Shown piece after piece: positions 8,532-18,649 of a stretch of DNA of 55,958 nucleotides (position 1 is its first letter; every line of letters begins with the position of its first letter). The stretch lies in IMG/VR virus record IMGVR_UViG_3300014720_000044, positions 1 to 55,958 of that record; one strand, given 5' to 3'. Origin of the DNA: a virus. Its lineage: Duplodnaviria; Caudoviricetes. The notes beneath the pieces are model-generated. The model did no database searches, was not told the origin of the DNA, and worked only from the letters and a program-made list of their open reading frames with translations. The translations under genes were made by a program, and so were the position numbers.

Positions 8532-9321
8532 GATACAAAAAAGAGCAAATACTAGAACTGCTTCTTCAGAAGGAGTAATAGAATTTATAAATTTAGATAG
8601 GGTTGTAGAAGGTGAAATGTCTGGCAAACCAGACTATATTACACCAGCAAAGATAACTTTGCCAGAGTGGTATAGAAAACTTCCTATTACAGATAAATTA
8701 TTTGAAAAAGATAAGATTGAAGATCTTACTGCAAAAAGATGTATACCTATATTAGATGCCATGACTACTGGCTATCATATGGTAACTACTTCAGATTATT
8801 ATTTTAATTATGATAAAGAAAAAGAAGAGGGTAGTTTTTCTGGCAGGGAAGATATAATTTCTCAAAAGCCAATAAGTATGCATCCTCTATCTCAATTATC
8901 TACTGCAAAACTATCTCCAGAGTTTATTGAATATGCTTATAAATGGGGAAACACATGGACAATAAAGACTCCTCCAGGATATAGTTGCATTTTTACAAAT
9001 CCTCTTAATGGATTTGAAAGTCCATTTTATACTCTCGATGGCGTAGTCGATACTGATACTTATTTTCAGCCAATCTTATTCCCGTTTTTAATGAAGAAGG
9101 GATTTGAAGGACTTATTCCAGCAGGAACTCCAATAGTCCAGATAATACCTTTTAAGAGAGATGACTGGACTATGAAAATTAATAATAATTTTTCTCAAGA
9201 TTTATTTGATACATACTCTTCAGAAAAGAATTTATACGAAAGTCAAAGATACGATAAAGAAAAGAAACCACTTGGCGGTATGTATAAAAGAGATTATCGT
9301 GTCAAAAAGAAGTATATTTAA
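8515..9321 (+). CDS. Paralogue of 7770..8531, possibly dUTPase-like fold
   Basis: Motifs PEWYR, KRCIPILDAMTTGY, TPPGYS, GVVDTD, IPAGTPIVQIIP. Start moved from 8428 to the in-frame ATG at 8515, which has GGAG upstream and much less overlap. Confidence 0.65.
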   Translation: MIWKNKIQKRANTRTASSEGVIEFINLDRVVEGEMSGKPDYITPAKITLPEWYRKLPITDKLFEKDKIEDLTAKRCIPILDAMTTGYHMVTTSDYYFNYDKEKEEGSFSGREDIISQKPISMHPLSQLSTAKLSPEFIEYAYKWGNTWTIKTPPGYSCIFTNPLNGFESPFYTLDGVVDTDTYFQPILFPFLMKKGFEGLIPAGTPIVQIIPFKRDDWTMKINNNFSQDLFDTYSSEKNLYESQRYDKEKKPLGGMYKRDYRVKKKYI

Positions 9322-9370
9322 ATAACTATAAACTTATACTTTAGATAGAGTTTTGCTTTTTTGAAAACTC

Positions 9371-9379
9371 TGCTATACT
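9371..9379 (+). promoter_or_regulatory. Extended -10 element TGCTATACT upstream of the RNR gene
   Basis: Intergenic, followed by an AAGGAG RBS; adjoins an 8-bp inverted repeat (9347-9354/9364-9371). Confidence 0.6.
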
Positions 9380-9412
9380 TAGTCAATCGTCGTTTTTAAA
9401 AAGGAGAAACAC

Positions 9413-11443
9413 ATGTCAGATTTTTTTAGTTTTCGTTTGCCACAAGAGTTTGTAAATGATTATAAATCAAAGCCATCACCATTTGGTTTTGCAGACGCTG
9501 GTGGAAATTCATTAGGAGAGATTACGTTTATCCGTACCTACTCTCGTATTAAAGAGGATGGGACTAAAGAAAGATGGTATGAGGTATGTCGTAGAGTAAT
9601 CGAAGGCATGTATTCAGTGCAAAAGAATCATGCTAAAGAAAATAGACTACCTTGGAACGACTACAAAGCGCAGAAGTCAGCACAAGAAGCCTTTGATCGT
9701 ATGTTTAATTTGAAATGGACTCCTCCAGGCCGTGGAATGTGGGCTTTTGGCACTCCCTTAACTATGGAGAAAAGAAATTCTGCAGCATTACAAAATTGCG
9801 CCATGGTCTCTACAAAAGATATAGATCGTAATGATCCAGGTGCACTATTTGCATGGGTTATGGATGCTTTGATGATGGGTGTTGGAGTAGGCTTTGACAC
9901 GGTAGGGGCAGAAAAGAAAATGTCAATTTATAGTCCTACAGAACCAACAGTAACATATGAAATACCAGATACCCGTGAGGGTTGGGTAGAATCTATAAGA
10001 TTACTTTTAAATTCATTTTTAAGACCAAATCAGAACATTCAGGAGTTTAACTACGACCTTATTCGCCCCCTAGGAGCGCCTATAAAGGGCTTTGGAGGCA
10101 CAGCAAGCGGTCCTGCACCACTTATACAGTTGCATAAACAGATAAGGTCTGTAATCGGCGGTAGGGCTGGAGAGACTCTAGACTCTAGAGCCATAGTTGA
10201 TATTGTTAATCTAATTGGTACCTGCGTAGTAGCAGGAAATGTTAGAAGGTCTGCTACCTTGGCTTTGGGTGCAGCAGAAGATCAAGATTTTATGAATTTA
10301 AAAAATTCTGAGATATTTCCAGACCGCAACTCCTTTGATCCAGAAAATCCAGGGTGGGCATGGATGTCTAACAACTCCATTTCTGCGACGGTAGGTACAA
10401 GATACGAAGACTATACAGATCTAATCATTAATAACGGAGAGCCTGGTTTTATATGGCTTGATGTTGCAAGAAATTACGGGCGCTTAAAAGATCCCGCTGA
10501 TGGAAAAGATTACAGAGTCATGGGCTTTAATCCTTGTGCAGAACAACATCTTGAATCATATGAATTATGTACATTAGTTGAAGTTCATTTAAATCGTCAT
10601 GAGTCAAAAGAAGATTTCTTGCGAACATTGAAGTTTGCATATCTATATGGCAAGACCGTTACACTTGTTCCTACTCATTGGCAACAGACAAATGGCATTA
10701 TGCAACGTAACCGCCGTATTGGAACATCTCTAACGGGTATTGCTTCATTCTCAGACACACACGGCTTGCCTGTTGTGCGTCAATGGATGGACGAAGGATA
10801 TGAGACTATTCGTAAATATGATCATGCATATTCAGAATGGTTATGCGTTCGTGATTCCATTAGAGTCACAACTATTAAGCCGTCAGGGTCTGTATCAATT
10901 CTTTCAGGCGCAACTCCAGGAGTTCACTGGGCACCAGGAGGAGATTACTTCTTGAGAGCAATTAGGTTTGGAAATACTGACCCAATGTTGCATTTATTCA
11001 AGGCTGCTGGATATAAGATTGAGGCTGACCTTGTTTCTGCAAATACTAGCGTCGTATATTTCCCAGTTCATTCTGGACATCCACGCTCTGAAAAAGATGT
11101 TACATTGTTTGAGAAGATTGCGCTTGCTGCTACTGCTCAGAAATATTGGTCTGATAATGGCGTGTCTGTAACGCTTTCATTTGACAAAGAAACTGAGGCA
11201 AATCATATTGCGCCTGCGCTTCACATGTATGAGGGACAACTAAAGGCTGTTTCATTTTTGCCGATGGGAAATACAGTTTACCCACAGCAGCCATATACCC
11301 AAATTACAAAAGATGAATACGAGTCATATATTGGCAAGATCAAAAAGATCGATTGGTCTGCTATTTACGACGGTGTAGAAAATCTTGAGGCTCAGGGAGA
11401 GGCTTATTGCACTACAGATTCATGCGAAATAAAAATCTCGTAG
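9413..11443 (+). CDS. nrdJ: Class II (adenosylcobalamin-dependent) ribonucleotide reductase, RTPR-like
   Basis: RTYSR, PPGRG, GNVRRSA, catalytic NPCAEQ, TTIKPSGSVS, C-terminal redox pair CTTDSC; no beta-subunit gene nearby. Confidence 0.93.
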   Translation: MSDFFSFRLPQEFVNDYKSKPSPFGFADAGGNSLGEITFIRTYSRIKEDGTKERWYEVCRRVIEGMYSVQKNHAKENRLPWNDYKAQKSAQEAFDRMFNLKWTPPGRGMWAFGTPLTMEKRNSAALQNCAMVSTKDIDRNDPGALFAWVMDALMMGVGVGFDTVGAEKKMSIYSPTEPTVTYEIPDTREGWVESIRLLLNSFLRPNQNIQEFNYDLIRPLGAPIKGFGGTASGPAPLIQLHKQIRSVIGGRAGETLDSRAIVDIVNLIGTCVVAGNVRRSATLALGAAEDQDFMNLKNSEIFPDRNSFDPENPGWAWMSNNSISATVGTRYEDYTDLIINNGEPGFIWLDVARNYGRLKDPADGKDYRVMGFNPCAEQHLESYELCTLVEVHLNRHESKEDFLRTLKFAYLYGKTVTLVPTHWQQTNGIMQRNRRIGTSLTGIASFSDTHGLPVVRQWMDEGYETIRKYDHAYSEWLCVRDSIRVTTIKPSGSVSILSGATPGVHWAPGGDYFLRAIRFGNTDPMLHLFKAAGYKIEADLVSANTSVVYFPVHSGHPRSEKDVTLFEKIALAATAQKYWSDNGVSVTLSFDKETEANHIAPALHMYEGQLKAVSFLPMGNTVYPQQPYTQITKDEYESYIGKIKKIDWSAIYDGVENLEAQGEAYCTTDSCEIKIS

Positions 11444-11463
11444 TATGATAAAATAGACTCATA

Positions 11464-14400
11464 ATGTCTAGTCCATCAAATCTATACGCCGAAAACATAT
11501 TCGCAGAGCATCCTCAAATATTGTGGGCACTCGATGATAAAGCAGACTATGTTTCTTTAATTCCTGATGCAAACAGAGATACTCTTACTTGGACAATAGA
11601 TGGTGGCACCTCTCAATTAACCGAAGATTTTGTTGATGCGCCATTTCCAGATAGTGTTATTAACAAGATTACAGTTTCATCTGTTACATCAGAATTTTTT
11701 TCGGTAAGCCTAATAAGCCCAACAATAGTAAATCTTAATCAGTTAAACGAAACACTGAAGACATTTTCTATTGGTTCTTATTTTTATACAACAAGTCCAT
11801 ACGCATTGAGCGTTGAGATTGGCTATAGGTATTATGATTCAGCATTAGAAGAATATGTAGATGTATTAAAATCTTATGAAGCATCCATAAAAGATAAATG
11901 GTTCTTTATATCAGAAACATTCAGCCCAGAAGAAGAAAACTCTACCATACAATTACTGATAAAATTTAATTTCTTGGGTCAGTCTTCAACATTATCAGAT
12001 TATGATTTTTATATTAATGGAATAAGTATTGGACAATGGGCGGAAGAGTTTCAGTCAACATCATTAGGAGTTGATACTATTGACTTGCCTTCAAGTGTAG
12101 ATTTATCAATTAACCTTACAGACGATAAAGTAATTGAAGCAGATGCATACGGATTATCAGTTAGCCCTGGATATTATTTTGTTAATAAAAACTCTCTTGT
12201 TGCTAAAAATTTTGGAGTTTCTTTAGTTTTTGGATCTCAGAACGTTACAAAGATTTATAATAATCAGGGCAAGCCATCCATCATAGTTCCATCATTAGGT
12301 ATGATGTCTGAAAGCGGAAGATATAAAGAGTTTACTTTAGAGTTTTGGATTAGAGCAAATAATTCCTCATCCGAACCTAAAAGAATTATTGGGCCAATAG
12401 GGTCTTCTGACGGTATATATTTTGATGGCCCATTTTTAATATTAAAGATAGATAATAATTATGGATCTTATTACATAGGACAATGGGAAAGACCAATGCT
12501 TATAGATTGGCGATATGCCAACAACATGTCTTCGGTTTTAATTAATGGAGAAGAAGTAATATCTATTAATTTTAATAGCGAACTATTGTCATTACAAAGC
12601 GATAAATCTGCTACTCTAAAAGATAAAAACTGGATAGGGTTTTATGCATATCAGAATATAGAGCCTATAGAAATAGATTGTGTTGCTATATATCCATACA
12701 TGGTTCCATCTTTAGTAGCAAAAAGAAGGTTTGTATTTGGTCAAGGAGTTCAATTCCCAGAAAACTTAAATGCATCATATGGTGGAAGTTCTGTTGTTTT
12801 TGACTACCCTTTTGCAGACTATACAAAAAATTATTCATATCCCAATCTAGGTTCATGGACTCAAGCATCTCTAGATAATGTGATAGAAGAAAACGGATAT
12901 TTAACAATTCCGAATGTTCAATCTCCTGCAATAGTTACTAATAGTTTAACTAAAAAACAATCAGAAATGCTTGAAGATTGTAATGCTATAAACAATCCAG
13001 TTCTTGATCCAGACCTATTTTTAAGATTAAAGCCAAACTCTACTTGGAATAGCACTGACTCTTACTTATACTTTGACACCTTTTCTTTGATTAATCAAGG
13101 AACATCTGCGTTCTATGGCTTGTTTAAAAAAGACGCTGGCTTTTCTGGAACTCAAGTTTTAATGAGACTTGAAGATCAAAATTCTAATTATTTTTCTATA
13201 GAATGTGTCAATAATGATGTTAATTATATTTTAAAGTATGGAGAAAATGCTCCAGAAATTATATATCAATCAGTCGGAGTTCCAAATGAAAAAACATTCC
13301 CAGTTGGAATTATTACAAATACTTTTAAGAATTATTATGGAGAGAATGTTGCTCAATTTTTTGCTAATGAATCTTTGCTTAAGATGTATGTAGGTGGAAC
13401 GAAAGATTTTGAAAAAACATTTACTGGTAAAATTTATAAAGTTGCTTTATGCTCAGAAAAAAATATGTATGAAATACAGTCAGTATTCAATGTACTTGGA
13501 GTCCCAAAAGATTATGAAAACATATTTAATCTATACGGTCCAGGAATAGACTACGACGGCGGGGAGTATGATAGAGAGTTCTGGGATTATTATATTGGAC
13601 AGACACAGTCTAATGAAGATGAACTAGATTTAATTTCTCCTACTTTAGAAAACTTTTCGTTCTGTCCTTCATGCTTTATAGAAATAAAGTTAAAAGACCA
13701 CGATCCTAGTTTAGGTATAACCCCTAAAAAATATTTTGATAGTTTTTATATAGATGCTTCTGTTCGTGGGTCATGGAAAGACTATATTCCGCTTTCTTAT
13801 TTTGGACAATATGTATCTGATGAATACGACAATAAAGTGTTTGATCTTGATTTTATTCAGTTTAACATTAACTATCCAGCACCAACTAAATTTAAAGAAA
13901 CAGAAACAATAGATGCAGATGGATGGACATATGAAGAATTAAGTGCCAGTTATTCTTATCCAGAACAGAGAACCTATGAATCTTTAGATAATTATTTATT
14001 TACTGGTTATATCAATTATGAAGATCTGGCAGAAAAATCTGTAAAGACATATTCGTATGATACTTCAGATGCCATTGTTAAAACATATATTACTTTTGAG
14101 TATTTAGAGCAGGGGGCCAATGCGGTAGACTCATACTTTGTTAATACTGAAAGTGTTCCTAAAAATGGAGTTGTTGAGCCAGGATCAAATTGGATAAACA
14201 CTAAATATGAGGTTGTAGATAATGTTATTATTTATCCACCTAACGGCATAGATTTTAACGATCTTGCTATTAGAATTCACATTGAGTTTAATGTTGACGG
14301 AATAAATTATCATCCTATTCAAATTAAAAATTTAGAGTTAGCGTCTCAAGCATTCAATTACGTTGGAACAAATAGCATAGGCACAAGGTTTGGTACAAAT

Positions 14401-15234
14401 GTTTATCCTTATTCAACAAACGGATATTATTTTAATTATAAATCCAAGAATCCGTTTTTGATCTATAAAGGATCTTCGCCTTATTTATATTTAACTAGAC
14501 ATTCTGGAATTGAGATAAGAGGAGACTATGATCCTATTATAAATAGAGGAATAGCAGTTCCAGTTAATTTGAATCAATCAGAAGATTATGAAGTAATGGC
14601 TATGCAAAGTTTAATTAGGTTTAATGGAGACTTTTTCCCTTATGCTCCAACTAAACTAATGCAAATAAATTCAAAAAATAAAGTGATAAAACTTTACATG
14701 GTTCCAAACCACCCTACTGGAAAAAGAGCAAAAATTTATGCTATAGATGGAAACAGCGGAGAACTGTATGACGGAATATCTTTTTATATCAATGGAAAAA
14801 TTGTAAAAGATCCAGTAATTAATATTAATGAATGGGCAATGCTTGGAATGGGCTTCGGCACAATTCTAGACTTCAAATCATACTCTGGATCAATTATGAT
14901 AAATGGCCCTATCATTTTTAATAGCCTTTCTTTCTACCAAACAACCAACCTTAAAGAAATCCAAAAGGTAGAGAATAGACCCTGGGCACGTGTCAAGTTC
15001 TCGGCTGAGGGTACATTTGAATGGGATTATTGGAGCAACTTCTTCTTGTGGCAGGGCATGCTAATACAGTCTTCTTCAAGTTACTATGGAGTAAATCCAG
15101 AAAATGTATACAAAGCCTATACTGGTACAAATAAGATTATAGTTGGTGACGATGCTACTTTTAGTATTCAAGAGTATGAATATTCTATATTTAAGGATGT
15201 TAAATGGCAGTCCACAATCTCAGATGCCGTATAG
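11464..15234 (+). CDS. Large probable virion protein (1256 aa), beta-rich with a LamG/ConA-like segment
   Basis: Long ORF; FTLEFWIR and YINGxxV segments; TGATAAAAT at 11446-11454 just upstream. Confidence 0.6.
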   Translation: MSSPSNLYAENIFAEHPQILWALDDKADYVSLIPDANRDTLTWTIDGGTSQLTEDFVDAPFPDSVINKITVSSVTSEFFSVSLISPTIVNLNQLNETLKTFSIGSYFYTTSPYALSVEIGYRYYDSALEEYVDVLKSYEASIKDKWFFISETFSPEEENSTIQLLIKFNFLGQSSTLSDYDFYINGISIGQWAEEFQSTSLGVDTIDLPSSVDLSINLTDDKVIEADAYGLSVSPGYYFVNKNSLVAKNFGVSLVFGSQNVTKIYNNQGKPSIIVPSLGMMSESGRYKEFTLEFWIRANNSSSEPKRIIGPIGSSDGIYFDGPFLILKIDNNYGSYYIGQWERPMLIDWRYANNMSSVLINGEEVISINFNSELLSLQSDKSATLKDKNWIGFYAYQNIEPIEIDCVAIYPYMVPSLVAKRRFVFGQGVQFPENLNASYGGSSVVFDYPFADYTKNYSYPNLGSWTQASLDNVIEENGYLTIPNVQSPAIVTNSLTKKQSEMLEDCNAINNPVLDPDLFLRLKPNSTWNSTDSYLYFDTFSLINQGTSAFYGLFKKDAGFSGTQVLMRLEDQNSNYFSIECVNNDVNYILKYGENAPEIIYQSVGVPNEKTFPVGIITNTFKNYYGENVAQFFANESLLKMYVGGTKDFEKTFTGKIYKVALCSEKNMYEIQSVFNVLGVPKDYENIFNLYGPGIDYDGGEYDREFWDYYIGQTQSNEDELDLISPTLENFSFCPSCFIEIKLKDHDPSLGITPKKYFDSFYIDASVRGSWKDYIPLSYFGQYVSDEYDNKVFDLDFIQFNINYPAPTKFKETETIDADGWTYEELSASYSYPEQRTYESLDNYLFTGYINYEDLAEKSVKTYSYDTSDAIVKTYITFEYLEQGANAVDSYFVNTESVPKNGVVEPGSNWINTKYEVVDNVIIYPPNGIDFNDLAIRIHIEFNVDGINYHPIQIKNLELASQAFNYVGTNSIGTRFGTNVYPYSTNGYYFNYKSKNPFLIYKGSSPYLYLTRHSGIEIRGDYDPIINRGIAVPVNLNQSEDYEVMAMQSLIRFNGDFFPYAPTKLMQINSKNKVIKLYMVPNHPTGKRAKIYAIDGNSGELYDGISFYINGKIVKDPVININEWAMLGMGFGTILDFKSYSGSIMINGPIIFNSLSFYQTTNLKEIQKVENRPWARVKFSAEGTFEWDYWSNFFLWQGMLIQSSSSYYGVNPENVYKAYTGTNKIIVGDDATFSIQEYEYSIFKDVKWQSTISDAV

Positions 15235-15252
15235 TATGGTATACTTGTGGTT

Positions 15253-15621
15253 ATGAAACATCAAAATCCAAACAAACTCGGTAAGTCTAAGTTAAAAGTA
15301 ATAGATAAAAACTATGACTGGGGTATCTATGTTTGGAAAAAGGCTAATGGAAAATGGTTTACAGATGGCCAGGGAAATGTTTTAAATATACCTTCCATGA
15401 AGGGTGATATTTCCAAAATAGCAGAATTAAAGAAAGCAGCAGCATATTATGGACAGCCAGAGGGAGAGGCCGTATTTTTCCCAGGTCTAAGCAGAATCTC
15501 TGACGAAGAATACGCAGAGCAAAAGCAAAGAATGGCAGAAGGCTTAATCCCAAATCTTAATGACCTTGGCGCAGTACATGCTGCACAGCAAACTATTAAG
15601 CGATATGGAGCAGACGACTAA
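15253..15621 (+). CDS. Hypothetical protein upstream of portal
   Basis: ATG at 15253 lies 7 nt after TGGTATACT (15237-15245), consistent with a leaderless start; stop overlaps the portal ATG. Confidence 0.7.
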   Translation: MKHQNPNKLGKSKLKVIDKNYDWGIYVWKKANGKWFTDGQGNVLNIPSMKGDISKIAELKKAAAYYGQPEGEAVFFPGLSRISDEEYAEQKQRMAEGLIPNLNDLGAVHAAQQTIKRYGADD

Positions 15622-17213
15622 TGTCAGAAGATTTTGAATATATAATCGGAGCAAGAATCGATGAGCCATCGCAGCAGATAGATGACTTTAAATCATTAGA
15701 TCCATTTAATAAAACATGGGAAGATTTAAAAAATTTATCTGGCTTAGATAATAATTTTAAACGTCGTGCTGCAAGAATGTCTAAGGCTAACGATTCAACG
15801 CAACAATATCTAGATAGTGCACTTACTGATAGTATGGGTATAAGTGGATCTAAGTCAAAGGCTATCAATCCTGGCACAGTATTTAGAAATGGATACGGAC
15901 TCTTTGATGTTATTACTCCACCATGGAATCTATACCAACTTGCCAATTACTATGATACATCATTTGCTAACCATGCTGCTATTGACGCAAAGGTTCAAAA
16001 TATAGTTGGATTGGGTTATGATTTTGAGGTTTCTCCAAAGACTATGCTTCGTCTTGAGTCAACAATGGAAGATGATCAATTGTCAAGAGCAAGAAATAGA
16101 ATTGAACGAGCCAAGATAGAACTTCATGAGTGGCTTGAATCTTTAAACAATGACGATTCATTTACTACTACTATGATGAAGGTTTATACAGATGTTCAAG
16201 CAACAGGAAATGCATATCTAGAAGTAGGCAGAACTATTCGTGGAGAGATTGGATATATTGGACATATTCCATCTACGACTATGCGTGTTCGTCGTTTACG
16301 AGATGGCTTTGTTCAAATAATTGGACATAAGGTAGTATACTTCAGAAATTTTGGAGCAAAAAATCCTAATCCAGTTACAGCAGATGCAAGACCAAATGAA
16401 ATTATACACTTTAAAGAGTACTCACCGTTAAATACTTTTTATGGTGTTCCAGATATAATGTCGGCTATAAACTCGCTCCATGGAGACCAGTTGGCGTCGC
16501 AATATAACATTGACTACTTTAGTAATAAAGCAGTTCCTCGTTATGTTGTGACGCTAAAGGGTGCTAAGTTGTCGGCTGATGCTGAAGACAAGATGTTTAG
16601 ATTTTTGCAAACGGGACTTAAAGGACAATCGCATAGAACACTTTATATTCCTCTACCAGGAGACAATGATAACAATAAGGTAGAGTTTAAGATGGAGCCC
16701 ATTGAGAATGGCGTTCAAGAGGGATCATTTGAAAAATATCGTAAACAAAATAGAGACGATATTTTAATTGCTCACCAGGTTCCATTATCTAAGTTAGGTG
16801 GAGGAGATTCTGCTGCTATTGCTTCTGCTATAGCGCAAGATCGTACATTTAAAGAACAGGTATCTCGTCCAGCACAAAAAGAATTAGAAAAAATTGTTAA
16901 TAAGATTGTTGGAGAAAAGACTGATATTTTAGTCTTAAAATTTAAAGAGTTGACGTTAACAGATGAAATTGCTCAATCTCAAATACTTGAAAGATATGTA
17001 AAAACTCAGGTAATGATGCCAAATGAGGCAAGACAGGCATTGGGTTTGCCACAAAGAGAGGGGGGGGACGAGCCTTTCCAACTTAAGCCACAGGATGCTG
17101 CTAATGAAACAGCAAATAGGCAGCGGGACTCAGAACGAGCCAACAATCAGTCTGATGGACCAGCAACCATTACTGGTAGAAATCCACAGGGCGAAGGTAG
17201 AAGGACCACATAG
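15621..17213 (+). CDS. Portal protein
   Basis: TGNAYLEV, EIIHFK-YSP---YGVP, YFxNxAVP, ILxAHQVP and NEARxxLGLP motifs; precedes protease and capsid genes. Confidence 0.92.
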   Translation: MSEDFEYIIGARIDEPSQQIDDFKSLDPFNKTWEDLKNLSGLDNNFKRRAARMSKANDSTQQYLDSALTDSMGISGSKSKAINPGTVFRNGYGLFDVITPPWNLYQLANYYDTSFANHAAIDAKVQNIVGLGYDFEVSPKTMLRLESTMEDDQLSRARNRIERAKIELHEWLESLNNDDSFTTTMMKVYTDVQATGNAYLEVGRTIRGEIGYIGHIPSTTMRVRRLRDGFVQIIGHKVVYFRNFGAKNPNPVTADARPNEIIHFKEYSPLNTFYGVPDIMSAINSLHGDQLASQYNIDYFSNKAVPRYVVTLKGAKLSADAEDKMFRFLQTGLKGQSHRTLYIPLPGDNDNNKVEFKMEPIENGVQEGSFEKYRKQNRDDILIAHQVPLSKLGGGDSAAIASAIAQDRTFKEQVSRPAQKELEKIVNKIVGEKTDILVLKFKELTLTDEIAQSQILERYVKTQVMMPNEARQALGLPQREGGDEPFQLKPQDAANETANRQRDSERANNQSDGPATITGRNPQGEGRRTT

Positions 17214-17256
17214 TTTTCCACAAGTTTATCCACAAAATATTAATACTTGTGTAAAA
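17214..17256. promoter_or_regulatory. Cluster of three DnaA-box consensus matches
   Basis: TTTTCCACA 17214-17222 (+), TTATCCACA 17226-17234 (+), TTTTACACA 17248-17256 (-); all fit TTWTNCACA. Confidence 0.6.
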
Positions 17257-17278
17257 AGGCTCTATAATATATACTAGT

Positions 17279-18625
17279 ATGACTATATCTAAGGCTCAAT
17301 GGAATTCAGAGGGCGACAGCGTTCGCCTTTCCCTTCCTTTTGCGAAGGTTGATAAAGAAAGACGTACAGTCTCAGGTTTTGCATCCCTTGATAATATTGA
17401 TAAACAAGGCGATATCGTAACAGCAGAAGCGTCAATGAAAGCATTTTCAAGTTTCCGTGGAAATATCCGTGAGATGCATCAGCCATCTGCAGTTGGTAAG
17501 ATGGTTTCATTTAAGCAAGACCGCTACTTTGATCCAGAAACAAAAAAGTTTTATAATGGGGTATTTGTATCTGCATATGTTTCAAAAGGTGCACAAGATG
17601 CCTGGGAAAAAGTTTTAGACGGTACATATACAGGATTTTCGATTGGTGGCAAGATGAATAAGTGGGATGACGGTTATGATGAAAAGTCAGATACAACAAT
17701 TAGAATTATTAAAGACTATGATCTTGTAGAGTTGTCATTGGTTGACTCTCCAGCAAATCAATTTGCAAATATTATGCAGGTTGAAAAGGTGGATGGAGTT
17801 TCTGTAATTAAGGGTCAAGATGTAGTCTTAGAAAATGTTTTTTATGATGAAGAGTCTGGATTAGTAATGGTTTCAGATGAAGAATCAGTGATGAGTCCAA
17901 CAACTGGAAATCCAATGAAGAATATAGGTTTCGTTGAAAAAGAAGACAACGAAAAAGTAAATATGGTTAAATTCTTAGTTGATAGTGCTAAAGGCATTAA
18001 TACTTCTAAGATAACGAAGGAGGAAGATCCTATGTCAAGAAAAATAAAATCAGCAGAAGTTGAAAAAACAAATGCTGTAGTTGAAGATATGATCGCTCCA
18101 GAGGCAGATGCCGTAGTTGAGGCTCCTGCTGTCGAAGAAGTTGTTGAGGCTCTAGTAGAGACTCCAGCAACAGAAGAAGTTGCTGCAAAGTCTGAAGAAC
18201 TGCCAGCAACCGAAGAAGTTGTTGAAAAGTCTGAAGAGACAGAGGCAACAGAGGCAGTGGTTGAAGAAATTGCAGAAGTATCTAAATCAGATGAGGTTAT
18301 TGTTGAATCGGTTAGCGCTGTTTCAGAATCAGTAACTGAAATCAAGAATACACTTACATCAGCCTTTAGCGATCTCGTAGCAACAGTTAAATCCTTGCAG
18401 GATGAAGTTGCTTCGCTAACAAAATCCCTAGATGCAGTTAGATCAGAAGTATCTAACACACAGGGTTCAGTAAATGAGTTTGGTAAGCGAGTTGACGCAG
18501 TAGAAGCAGATACCGCTTTCCGAAAGTCTGGCGATCTCGGTGAGGTCGTACAGTACGAACCGCAAATGGTTCAAAAATCCCTATGGGGCGGACGTTTCCT
18601 CAAAACAGCCGACTTATTTAATTAA
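17279..18625 (+). CDS. Capsid maturation protease fused to a scaffold domain
   Basis: VSGFAS..DKQGD, REMH, GFSIGG and ELSLVDSPAN protease motifs, then an acidic coiled-coil C-terminal half. Confidence 0.88.
   Translation: MTISKAQWNSEGDSVRLSLPFAKVDKERRTVSGFASLDNIDKQGDIVTAEASMKAFSSFRGNIREMHQPSAVGKMVSFKQDRYFDPETKKFYNGVFVSAYVSKGAQDAWEKVLDGTYTGFSIGGKMNKWDDGYDEKSDTTIRIIKDYDLVELSLVDSPANQFANIMQVEKVDGVSVIKGQDVVLENVFYDEESGLVMVSDEESVMSPTTGNPMKNIGFVEKEDNEKVNMVKFLVDSAKGINTSKITKEEDPMSRKIKSAEVEKTNAVVEDMIAPEADAVVEAPAVEEVVEALVETPATEEVAAKSEELPATEEVVEKSEETEATEAVVEEIAEVSKSDEVIVESVSAVSESVTEIKNTLTSAFSDLVATVKSLQDEVASLTKSLDAVRSEVSNTQGSVNEFGKRVDAVEADTAFRKSGDLGEVVQYEPQMVQKSLWGGRFLKTADLFN
18032..18625 (+). CDS. Putative separately translated scaffold protein (in-frame internal start)
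   Basis: AAGGAGG shortly upstream of an in-frame ATG at the protease/acidic-domain boundary. Confidence 0.55.
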   Translation: MSRKIKSAEVEKTNAVVEDMIAPEADAVVEAPAVEEVVEALVETPATEEVAAKSEELPATEEVVEKSEETEATEAVVEEIAEVSKSDEVIVESVSAVSESVTEIKNTLTSAFSDLVATVKSLQDEVASLTKSLDAVRSEVSNTQGSVNEFGKRVDAVEADTAFRKSGDLGEVVQYEPQMVQKSLWGGRFLKTADLFN

Positions 18626-18649
18626 GTAAATCACTTAGGAGGTGACAAT

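Noticed and set aside
5238-9321. RiPP cluster with a Cys-rich precursor
   Set aside because: No radical SAM, YcaO, Lan or peptidase genes recognised; the repeat region is flanked by folded-looking domains and sits in a fibre cluster.
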